Shown here: positions 44,179 to 52,961 of the stretch, piece after piece | Position numbering within the stretch: the stretch's first letter is position 1 | How the letters are laid out: the number at the start of each line of letters is the position of its first letter | Assembly (NCBI GenBank): GCA_038230375.1 | Contig: JBBRNJ010000023.1 | Location: 32,001-96,000, forward strand | From: Polyangiales bacterium | Lineage (GTDB): Bacteria > Myxococcota_A > Polyangia > Polyangiales > Polyangiaceae | Direction of reading: 5' to 3' | Length of the DNA stretch: 64,000 nt | Made by a program: the position numbers and the translations under genes | Notes under the pieces: generated by a model | The model's database searches: none | Told to the model about the DNA's origin: nothing | What the model saw: only the letters and a program-made list of their open reading frames with translations

Positions 44179-46326
44179 ATGCTTCGTATCCGACCGCTGC
44201 TTGTGTGTACCGCCACCCTGGGAATCCTCGTCGCCGCATGTAGCGGTGGCTCCGAAGGCAACGGAGGCACCGACGACGGTGGAACGGTGGATGGAACTGA
44301 CAGCGGCGGCGGCGGTGGTGGTCCCGACGGCAGCGCCGCTGGCAAGGATGGTGGTAGCGCCAGCAACAAGGACGCGGGGCCTGGCGGGTGCTCCCCCAGC
44401 TGCGCGGCGGGGCAGGCGTGCAAGGCCGACACTGACTGTACGAGCAAGGCGTGTGGCGTTGACGGCAAGTGCGCGACGGGCGCGACGGATGGCAAGAAGG
44501 ACTTCGGCGAGAGCGACATCGACTGCGGCGGCGCGACCACCGACATGGCGTCCAAGTGCGCGCTCGGCAAGACGTGCGCGAACAACGTGGACTGCTTGAA
44601 TGCCAACTGCGGCACCGGCAAGACGTGCTCCACGCCGGGTGCGTCCGACGGCATCCAGGACTTCGGCGAGAGCGACATCGACTGCGGCGGCAACACGACC
44701 GACGGCGCGCCCAAGTGCGCCAACACGAAGATGTGCGTACTGGACAACGACTGCACGAGCGCTGCATGCAGCGTCGGCGGTGTGTGCTCCAGCGGCGCAA
44801 CGGACGGCAAGAAGGACTTCGGCGAGAGCGCGATCGACTGCGGCGGCAACAGCTCGGACATGGCGCCCACGTGTGACGTAGGCTTCGCGTGCGTGCTGAA
44901 CAACGACTGCACGAGCACCTACTGCAGTGTGGGCCTCCTCTGCGTCGCCAATGGCTATTCGGATGGCAAGAAGGACTTTGGCGAGAGCGACATCGACTGC
45001 GGCGGTCACTCGCTCGACGGCGCGCCGACATGCATAGACGGATTGGTCTGCGTGGACGGAACGGACTGCCAGTCGGCGTACTGCAACCCGTTGAAGAAGT
45101 GCGCCACGCCGACGAACAACGACGGCTACAAGAACGGCACCGAGACCGACGTCGACTGCGGCGGCGGCGCGCCCACGAACGCTCCAGCGTGCCCCACAGG
45201 TGGGGTCTGCCTGGTCGGCACCGACTGCGGGTCTGGGGGCTGTACCTACAAGGGCAAGTGCGCGGACGCGATCTCCTGCACCGGCCAGCACGGCGGCGAC
45301 ACCTGCGGCCCGGCGGGGAACGAGAGCTGCTGCGTGACCACGGTCGTCGCTGGCTTGCCGCAGACGACAACACACGGCGGTCCGGTCGTCGCTACCACGT
45401 CGATCGACAAGTACAACATCACCGCGGGGCGCATGCGCGCGTTCGTCACGTTCACGAACGGCGACATGCGCACCTGGATCTCGAACCACACCCCGGCATG
45501 GTGGAACCCGGCATGGACCGCGTTCCTGCCTGACAAGATGGACAGCGGCAACTACGGCACGCCCAACGTGGGCGACGGCGTCTATCAGGAGTTCGGACCC
45601 TACGTTCACCCGCCCGGAGCGGTTGGCGCGAACGAGGGTTGCTTCATCAACGGCAACGGCGCGCGCAGCTATCGCATCCCTGATGCGATCAACACGGCGT
45701 TCGGCGACAAGCAGTACTGGACGCAGGCGTTCGACGACGAACGCTCCATGAACTGCGTCGAGTCGTACGTCACCGCCGCATTCTGCGCGTGGGACGGTGG
45801 ACACCTACCGACGCTCGAGCAGATCGACTTCCTCTGGTTGGGCAGCAAGCCATGGGGCAATCCCGCGGGCGGCGCACCGCCGGGCCTCGGCAATCCTGCC
45901 GGCTACCTGTTCGCCTACGACTCCAACCCCAACGGCGGTGCCGGTTACACGGAGTCGTATGGCGCCTACCAGTCGGGGCCGAACGTCGTCGGCCCGCTCG
46001 CGGGCGACAACCTCACGAACCTCGGTTGGGCGAACTACAACTACAACTACTGGGGCGGCTTCACGCGCAACAGCGGTTCGAATCCGGACTACACCATCTA
46101 CATCGCGCCGCCGGGGCGGTTCCCGAACGGCAACGGCAAGGCCGGCATCGCTGACCTTGGCGGCAACGTCTTCAACGCGCTGAACATCAGCGGATCGAAC
46201 AACTGCTGGTCGCGCTCGGGCTCGTGGCAGGGCCACCCCATCCCGTTCTCTGGCGCAGGCTCCTGCGGCGTGAACGTCCTTGGAACGAACAAGTACTGGG
46301 CGCAGGGCGGTCGCTGCGCGCGCTGA
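44179..46326 (+). CDS. Cys-rich repeat lipoprotein with C-terminal FGE/SUMF1-like domain
   Basis: GGAGG RBS; lipobox VAAC; five DG..(D/N).(G/T)E(S/T)..DCGG repeats; IDKY.IT, NCV......FCAWDGG.LPT, DLGGNV, GGRCAR. Confidence 0.8.
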   Translation: MLRIRPLLVCTATLGILVAACSGGSEGNGGTDDGGTVDGTDSGGGGGGPDGSAAGKDGGSASNKDAGPGGCSPSCAAGQACKADTDCTSKACGVDGKCATGATDGKKDFGESDIDCGGATTDMASKCALGKTCANNVDCLNANCGTGKTCSTPGASDGIQDFGESDIDCGGNTTDGAPKCANTKMCVLDNDCTSAACSVGGVCSSGATDGKKDFGESAIDCGGNSSDMAPTCDVGFACVLNNDCTSTYCSVGLLCVANGYSDGKKDFGESDIDCGGHSLDGAPTCIDGLVCVDGTDCQSAYCNPLKKCATPTNNDGYKNGTETDVDCGGGAPTNAPACPTGGVCLVGTDCGSGGCTYKGKCADAISCTGQHGGDTCGPAGNESCCVTTVVAGLPQTTTHGGPVVATTSIDKYNITAGRMRAFVTFTNGDMRTWISNHTPAWWNPAWTAFLPDKMDSGNYGTPNVGDGVYQEFGPYVHPPGAVGANEGCFINGNGARSYRIPDAINTAFGDKQYWTQAFDDERSMNCVESYVTAAFCAWDGGHLPTLEQIDFLWLGSKPWGNPAGGAPPGLGNPAGYLFAYDSNPNGGAGYTESYGAYQSGPNVVGPLAGDNLTNLGWANYNYNYWGGFTRNSGSNPDYTIYIAPPGRFPNGNGKAGIADLGGNVFNALNISGSNNCWSRSGSWQGHPIPFSGAGSCGVNVLGTNKYWAQGGRCAR

Positions 46327-46365
46327 GGGTTTGATGCTCACGGCGTTGTGGGGTAGACGGGCGCG

Positions 46366-47619
46366 ATGCCGCACGTCGTCTTCATCGCGCCGCGTTTCGC
46401 CGAGAACACGAATCGTTATGTTGCTGCCTTCGCTTCGCTTGCGAGCGAGGGCGTGCGCACCAGCGTCGTGAGCGGAGACCCCGACACGGCGATCCCCACT
46501 GCGTTGCGACCGCACCTCGCTGCGCACTATCGCGTGAACGATCCGATGAACGCGGCGGACATCACGACCGCGGTGCGCGCCATCGCGCGAGGGGTGGGCC
46601 CCGTGGACCGCTTGACCGGCGCGCTCGAGCAGCTGCAGATGCCACTGGCCGAGGTGCGCGCGGCGCTCGATATCGAAGGCATGCTTCCGGAGATCGCGCG
46701 CCGCTTCCGCGACAAGGACCGCATGAAGGAGGTGCTGCGTGCGCGTGGTGTACCTGTCGCGCGGAGCCTGCTCGTGGGCTCCAAGGATGGGCTGCGCACC
46801 GCGCTCTCCGAGCTCGGCTATCCAGCCATTGTGAAGCCGCAGGCTGGACTCGGCGCTCGCTCCACGTTTCGTGTGGCGCACGAAGCAGATGTGGACGCGC
46901 TCTTCGCGCAAGGAATTGTCCCATCCACGGACATTCCCCTCCAGGTGGAGGAGTTCATTCGCGCGCGCGAACACACGTGCGAAACTGTCACTGTGCGGGG
47001 CGTTCCGGTGTGGCGTTCGGGTACCCGCTACCTGCCGTCCCCGCTCGAGACACTGGAGAATCCGTGGATGCAGTATTGCGTCCTCCTGCCGCGCGAGGAA
47101 GAAGAGACGGAATGGACACGCTTCCACGACACGAACAGCGCGGCACTGGCTGCGCTCTTCGGCGACGCGGCGAATACCGCGGCGGGGACCGCGCTCACGC
47201 ACATGGAGTGGTTCCTGCGTGAGGACGGCAGCTCCCTCGTGAACGAGGTGGGCGCAAGACCACCGGGAGTCGGGATCATGCCGCTGATGAGCATCGCATA
47301 TGACACGAGCTTCTTCGCCGTATGGGCGCGGCTCATAGCAAAAGACGAGTTCGTTCCCCGCAAGCGCGTCCGTGCTGCAGGCGCTGCGTTCTTCCGCGGG
47401 CAGGGGCAGGGGACGCGGATCGCGTCCGTGAAGGGAATCGAGCGTGCCGTGGCAGACGCAGGGGACGCGCTCGTGGAGATGCGCTCGCCAAAGGTGGGGC
47501 AGCCGCGCGCGGATGGCTACGAGGGCGAGGGCTACGCGTACGTCCGATCCGAGACAACCGAAGGCGCGAAGGAGGCACTGCTCGCGCTGGTCCAGAACGT
47601 GCGCATCGTATACTCCTGA
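46366..47619 (+). CDS. ATP-grasp domain protein
   Basis: FRDKDRMK, YPAIVKP..G.G, VEEFI, THMEWF, NEVGARPPG. Confidence 0.88.
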   Translation: MPHVVFIAPRFAENTNRYVAAFASLASEGVRTSVVSGDPDTAIPTALRPHLAAHYRVNDPMNAADITTAVRAIARGVGPVDRLTGALEQLQMPLAEVRAALDIEGMLPEIARRFRDKDRMKEVLRARGVPVARSLLVGSKDGLRTALSELGYPAIVKPQAGLGARSTFRVAHEADVDALFAQGIVPSTDIPLQVEEFIRAREHTCETVTVRGVPVWRSGTRYLPSPLETLENPWMQYCVLLPREEEETEWTRFHDTNSAALAALFGDAANTAAGTALTHMEWFLREDGSSLVNEVGARPPGVGIMPLMSIAYDTSFFAVWARLIAKDEFVPRKRVRAAGAAFFRGQGQGTRIASVKGIERAVADAGDALVEMRSPKVGQPRADGYEGEGYAYVRSETTEGAKEALLALVQNVRIVYS

Positions 47620-47624
47620 CCCCC

Positions 47625-48668
47625 TTGCGCCTCCTCCTCCCGCTCCGTCCACGACGCGCGCTCGCGTCGCTCGTTTCTCTCGGTCTCCTCGCCGCGCCTG
47701 CGCTTGCACGCGCAGATTCGGAGCCGGCGCGCGTGGCGCAGATCGACGTGAGCCCAAAGGTCACGCCGCTTCCATCATCGAAGGGGCCGACTCCAAACAC
47801 CGCCCCGGGCGAGTCGCCGCCGGTACCGGATCCGAGCTTGGCCGTCCTCGGTGGTACGCCGCAGAACCCGGACTTCGCCGTGAAGCCGCTGTTCTGGAAA
47901 TGGCGCCGCTTCGGCACGGCGGACTACGTGGTGACCGCGAGCGCGGGCGCGATCACGCTGGCCGCCGCAATCTTTCGGCCACTCCCGAGCCACTCGCTCC
48001 AGGGCCCGGTCCTCTTCGACCGTCAGGTGCGCGACTCGCTCCGCCCCACCGCATCCCAGATCCGGTACACGTTCCGTGACGCCAGTGACGTCGGGCTCTC
48101 ACTCGAGGCCACGTGGCCGTTCTTCATCGATTCACTGATGACGGCGTGGTGGTACCGCGGCAGCCGCGATGCGGCCCAGGAGATGGCGCTGCTCAGCCTC
48201 GAGACGCTGGCCATCGCTGGCGCGCTCCAGGGCGCCACCAACGTCCTCGTGAGCCGTGAACGCCCCTACGGCGTGAACTGCGGAACGTCGGAGCTGCCGA
48301 GCACCTCCAGCGACTGCCAGTCGCCCAGCCATTACCGCAGCTTCTTCAGTGGCCACGCCACGTTCGGGTTCACGACCGCCGCGCTGATCTGCATGAATCA
48401 CGAGAAGAACGAGCTCCTCGGCGAGCCTTGGGACGCCATCAGCTGCGGCGGCGGCTACGCGGCGGCGGCGATGACGTCGGCGTTCCGCGTGGTCAGTGAC
48501 ATGCACTATACAACTGACGTCCTGACCGGGGCCATCATCGGAACGATGGTGGGCTATGGAGTGCCGTGGCTTCACTACAAGCGCGTTGACTTTGGCGTGC
48601 ACGCCGGAGCCGTGCAGATGAGCCTCTTCCCCACCACCAACGGCGCGGGCCTCGTGGGGTCATTCTGA
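47625..48668 (+). CDS. PAP2-family phosphatase (exported/membrane)
   Basis: RERP, SFFSGH, R..SDMHYTTDV motifs; TTG start uncertain. Confidence 0.82.
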   Translation: MRLLLPLRPRRALASLVSLGLLAAPALARADSEPARVAQIDVSPKVTPLPSSKGPTPNTAPGESPPVPDPSLAVLGGTPQNPDFAVKPLFWKWRRFGTADYVVTASAGAITLAAAIFRPLPSHSLQGPVLFDRQVRDSLRPTASQIRYTFRDASDVGLSLEATWPFFIDSLMTAWWYRGSRDAAQEMALLSLETLAIAGALQGATNVLVSRERPYGVNCGTSELPSTSSDCQSPSHYRSFFSGHATFGFTTAALICMNHEKNELLGEPWDAISCGGGYAAAAMTSAFRVVSDMHYTTDVLTGAIIGTMVGYGVPWLHYKRVDFGVHAGAVQMSLFPTTNGAGLVGSF

Positions 48669-49756
48669 TGCGCGCGCGTTTGATCGTCTGCGTCGCGCTT
48701 GCCGCCACGTCCGTGCCGGCGACGGCCCTCGCGAACGTGACGCAGTCAACGTCGGGCTGGGTGCCCGCGGAAGGCCCGCCGCCGGAGACCTCGACCCCGA
48801 CCTCGACCTCGACCCCGACCCCGACCTCGACCCCGACCCCGACCCCGACCCCGACCTCGACCTCGACCTCGACCTCGACCTCGACCTCGACCTCGCCCAC
48901 CGGGTCCCGGATCACGACCTCCACGACAACCACGCTCACGACCCCCGCCTCCGACTTTCCCCCGGTCGACCCCAGGCCTCCGCTATCCCTCTTTCCGACT
49001 CCTCCGGAGGACAGGCTCATCGACCCGCGCATGGCGCGGTCCTGGGGGGGGCGTCCGTCGCGGCTGTTCGTCTCGTCCGCGATCGACATCGGCTTCGTCT
49101 ATCTACGGCCCAGGGTCTCTGTGGGCTACGGCAAGCCGTTCACGAAATGGATCGGCGTTGACGCGAATCCGGTGGTGAGCGGTGACGTGGCGGGTGTCTA
49201 CGCCGGCCTCCGGCTGGAGATCCCGTATGTCGACCTGCGCGTGGGCCCTCGCTACATCGTCTCGCTCAATCGCTCGTTCCTTCCGCAGAAGACGAACTAC
49301 GACCGGCTCGACATCGCGACGAGCGAAGGCGTGCAGCAGAAGATCCTCACCTACGAAGCCGAGTTGGACGCGACGATTCCGCTGGGGCCTGGCGCTGTCT
49401 TGCTGCGTGGCACCGTCTCCTACGTCACCAACGTTCCGAGCGGCCAGTACGCGTTCGAGGAGACTCTCAAAGTCGTCGTTGCCCCGCCCCTCATCTATCG
49501 CGGCCGTGGTGGCTACATCTACCGGCTCGGCGCCTATGGCCAACATTCGGTGGGGCTCGTGGCGGATGTCCTGGACGTTCCCAAGCGGGATGACGCAATC
49601 ACGTTCCGCGCCGGCCCGGTCGTGCGCATTGCGCTCTCCCGTCGCGTGGAGCTGCGCGGGAGCTTCGTCATGATGCTGCTCGGCCCCGACAAGATCGGGC
49701 TCGACGGAAGCGACTTCACGGAGCTCGGAGTCCGCTATCGCTGGGCTACCGAATAG
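48668..49756 (+). CDS. Putative outer-membrane beta-barrel protein with Thr/Ser/Pro linker
   Basis: Signal peptide ALA|N; amphipathic strands; TGATG coupling to PAP2. Confidence 0.65.
   Translation: MRARLIVCVALAATSVPATALANVTQSTSGWVPAEGPPPETSTPTSTSTPTPTSTPTPTPTPTSTSTSTSTSTSTSPTGSRITTSTTTTLTTPASDFPPVDPRPPLSLFPTPPEDRLIDPRMARSWGGRPSRLFVSSAIDIGFVYLRPRVSVGYGKPFTKWIGVDANPVVSGDVAGVYAGLRLEIPYVDLRVGPRYIVSLNRSFLPQKTNYDRLDIATSEGVQQKILTYEAELDATIPLGPGAVLLRGTVSYVTNVPSGQYAFEETLKVVVAPPLIYRGRGGYIYRLGAYGQHSVGLVADVLDVPKRDDAITFRAGPVVRIALSRRVELRGSFVMMLLGPDKIGLDGSDFTELGVRYRWATE
48788..48895. repeat. (ACCTCG/ACCCCG)n tandem repeat
   Basis: About 18 hexamer units encoding TS/TP. Confidence 0.92.
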
Positions 49757-49771
49757 CCCGTGCGGGCGGTG

Positions 49772-51523
49772 TCAATGCGTGTCGGGACGTTCGACGCCGG
49801 CGAGGTAGAAGCCGCGCTCGCCCAGATCGTACAGGTGCAGGTTGAGCGGGTTCTTGCTGACGCCGTTGTCGATCGTGACGACCACGTAGCGCTCCTTCGC
49901 GTCGTCGCGGAGCGCGTCGGCGAGACCCGCCTTGTGCGGGACCTTTGCGCAGATCGCTCCGTTCTCTTGCAGGCTGAGCGACACGACGCGCGAGGGCTCG
50001 CCAGCGACGGTGGCCGCGTACCGGAAGTGCTCCGCCGTCGCGAGGCCACGCAGCCGCGCGAAATCCACGGCGCACACCGAGTCACCCTCTTGCTTGATCT
50101 CACCAAGCGGCGACAGCCGCGTGAGGTAGCGCAACATGATCTTGTCCAGCCGTCCCTGCATGATGTTCGCCAGGTAGGTGGCGTCCTCGGGCTTCGTGAA
50201 GTTTCCCGCCTTCACGAACGCATGCACCATCGCCGGGTCCACGCGCGCGAGCATGCGCGCCATCCAGGCGCCGTCACGCTCCGTCATGCGAGAAAACGCA
50301 GGGTTCTGATACTCGTTCTTCCACTCCTCGGGCACGAAGCGCTCGACGTCGTAGAACGCGAATTGCTCCTTGCCGGGCGCGCGCTCCGCGAGGTCCCACG
50401 GCCGCGTGATGATGCCGAACGTCAGGAAGTCGGTCGTGATGTCCGGCACGTCCAGCAGGTAGCTGTACCCAAGGCGCTTGGACACCGCCTCCCACTCCCA
50501 CTCGCTGCCGAAGCACTCGCTCGTGTCCAGGTAGTAGTGGCGCACGGAGCCCGGCGAGCCATCGGGGGCCGCCTTCCCAGCGTCGGAGATCCACGTGTCC
50601 ATGCTGTTCTGCTCGCGCGCATCGTGGTGCTCGGTCCATGCGGCAAGCAAGCGACCGCCGCGCAGCTCGCGCCGGTCCTCGTGCGGCACGACGTCGTTCG
50701 GGTCGTCCTTGCGCGTGCCCTCGTAGCGGAACGGGCCGATCAGCCTGCCCGGCAGCCACGCGGACGCCTGCATACGAACAAGCTCACCTCGCTTCGTCGC
50801 GCGCGTGAGAACGTGCTCGAGCGCAGCGGCATCGAACGGCTTTGGAACCCCGCTGTTGTCCTGGGTGACGAGCCCGGGGGTGAGCTTCAGGACGCGCGGG
50901 TTGAAGTAGACGACCTGCTCGCAGGACGTGTAGAAACCAGCAGCGTGGTAGACGGCGGCGCCGATGGCGCTCGCGGCGGTCGGATGCTCGCCTTGAGCAT
51001 CATCCGACTTGAGCATGTACTTGCCCTTGCCAGGGATGTTGATCCGAAACCCAGGAGACGAGCCGTTGGCCTTGCCCGCGTCAATGACCCACTCACCCTC
51101 CTTCGCCACGGTGCCGTCGAGGATCTGCGAAGCCTCGCATGCGCCGCGCGTGGCCTCTTCCGGCGTCACCGGGCGCGCACCGAGGCGCGGCGTGAACCAC
51201 GACGAGGGCACGACCTCGTCGAGGGCGGTGGCGTTCCGTGCCTCGGTCGTCGCCGGAACCCGCAGCGTCTCCGTGATGGGCCGGGCGACCGCATTGTCGA
51301 TGGCATCCCACGCGAGCGGCGAGACGTATGTCTCCGGGGTGCAGGCCACGTGATTGGGCTCCTTCTTCGTGGGGTCTGCCTTGCACGGCAGCGACACCGA
51401 CGCGAGGTCCGGATCGCGCTGCAGGTGCGGCGCCATCGGGAAGCGGCGATCATGGTCCGTTGCGCACCCGCCAAGCAGCACCAGCGCCGTACCAAAGAGA
51501 ACGTTCACCCTCCGTTGCATCAT
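49772..51523 (-). CDS. Lipoprotein with putative atypical protein-kinase-like fold
   Basis: Lipobox LGGC; KANGSSPGF...YMLK; HHDAREQN (DxxxxN); YYLD. Confidence 0.65.
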   Translation of the reverse strand: MMQRRVNVLFGTALVLLGGCATDHDRRFPMAPHLQRDPDLASVSLPCKADPTKKEPNHVACTPETYVSPLAWDAIDNAVARPITETLRVPATTEARNATALDEVVPSSWFTPRLGARPVTPEEATRGACEASQILDGTVAKEGEWVIDAGKANGSSPGFRINIPGKGKYMLKSDDAQGEHPTAASAIGAAVYHAAGFYTSCEQVVYFNPRVLKLTPGLVTQDNSGVPKPFDAAALEHVLTRATKRGELVRMQASAWLPGRLIGPFRYEGTRKDDPNDVVPHEDRRELRGGRLLAAWTEHHDAREQNSMDTWISDAGKAAPDGSPGSVRHYYLDTSECFGSEWEWEAVSKRLGYSYLLDVPDITTDFLTFGIITRPWDLAERAPGKEQFAFYDVERFVPEEWKNEYQNPAFSRMTERDGAWMARMLARVDPAMVHAFVKAGNFTKPEDATYLANIMQGRLDKIMLRYLTRLSPLGEIKQEGDSVCAVDFARLRGLATAEHFRYAATVAGEPSRVVSLSLQENGAICAKVPHKAGLADALRDDAKERYVVVTIDNGVSKNPLNLHLYDLGERGFYLAGVERPDTH

Positions 51524-51579
51524 GCATATTCTCTAGGCGTGGTAGTGAGCAGTACACAAGTGGCGGAACACGAAATTCG

Positions 51580-52961
51580 ATGAGCGACGCCGGTCACCAC
51601 GACCCGGTCCCCTCGCGCCGGCATCGCGGCCCGATCGAGATCGTTTTGTCAGCTGTGGCAGAAGTGCGTGAGGGGGAGGCCGCCACGGCGCTCCTGCTGA
51701 CCCTCAACGTGTTCCTCTTGCTGGCGGCCTACTACCTGCTCAAGGTGGCCCGCGAGCCGCTCATCCTTCTCGGCGGTGGCGCCGAATTGAAGCAGTTCGC
51801 GGCTGCGGGGCAGTCCGTTCTCCTGATCGGCGTCACGCTGGTCTACAGCTGGCTGGCCTCCCGCGTCGGCCGCATGAAGCTCATCGCGTACATGAGCTTC
51901 TTCTTCGTGTCGAACCTGGCCGTGTTCGCGATCCTGGCTCGCACGAAGTTGTCGCTCGGTGTCCCGTTCTACCTGTGGGTCGGCATCTTCAACCGCATGG
52001 TGATCGCTCAGTTCTGGGCGTTCGGCGCGGACATCTACGCGGGCGAGCGGGGCAAACGCCTCTTCCACGTCCTTGGCGTGGGCAGCTCCGCTGGCGCAGC
52101 CGCGGGCGCCACGATCGCGGACCGGCTGCTTTTTCTCGGGCCGAGCGGCCTCATGTGGGTCGCCGCATTCGTCCTCGTGGCATGCGTGGGCATCAGCTAC
52201 GTCGTGCACCGCCGCGAGTCCGCCGCGACGGCAGCCAAGCACGAGAAGCCCGAGGAGGCCTTCGGTCACGAGAACGCGTTCTCGATGATGTTGAAAGACA
52301 AGTATCTCATCTACGTGGGGCTGATGCTCCTCGTGCTGAACCTCGTCAACTCCATGGGGAGTTCATCCTGGACCGCACGATGCTGTCGGGCGCAGACGCG
52401 AGCGCCGCCGCCGAGGGGATCTCGAAGAGCGAGTTCATTGGCCACTTCAAGGCGCGCTACTTCGAATGGATCAACATCCTCGGGATGGGGATGCAGCTCT
52501 TCCTCGTCTCGCGCATCATCAAGTACATCGGTGTGCGCAAGGCGCTCTTCGCCATGCCGCTCGCGGCGCTCGGCGGATACGGCACGCTGCTCGTCCTTCC
52601 CACGCTGTCGGTCGTCTTCTTCCAGAAGGTCATCGAGAACAGTCTGGACTACTCACTCGCGAACACCACCACGCAGTCCCTGTGGCTCGTCACCACGCGC
52701 GAGGCCAAGTACAAGGTGAAGCAGCTCGCTGACACGTTCATCGTGCGAGCTGGTGACGCGATCACCGCCGTGCTCGTCATGAAGCGGTGGGGCCTCTCGA
52801 CCACATTGCTCGTGACGATCAACCTGGTCGGTGTTGCCGCGTGGCTTGGTATCCTCGCGCTCGTCGTGCGCGAGCACAAACGCAGGGAGGACGCCGCTCC
52901 TCCTCCAGCACCGCCCCCAGCATCGGAAGCGCCCAAGGGCGTCGCGGAGGCGATCGCATGA
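51580..52961 (+). pseudogene. NTT/Npt1 (TLC ATP/ADP translocase) family transporter with a 1-bp frameshift at about 52356-52359
   Basis: YYLLKVAREPLI, FYLWVGIF...QFWAF.ADIY...GKRLF in one frame; EFILD...ENSLDYSL.NTT.Q.LWL...EAKYK.K...DTF..RAGD in another; the join needs one extra base in the GGGG run. Confidence 0.8.

Noticed and set aside
44480..45170. Regularly spaced repeats of about 40 bp (GACTTCGGCGAGAGCGACATCGACTGCGGC) as a CRISPR array
   Set aside because: They are in-frame protein repeats with a period of about 160 bp and homologous spacers; no cas genes are present.
45400..46326. FGE/C-lectin domain as a diversity-generating retroelement target
   Set aside because: No reverse transcriptase or template repeat is visible in the window; a remote DGR cannot be excluded.
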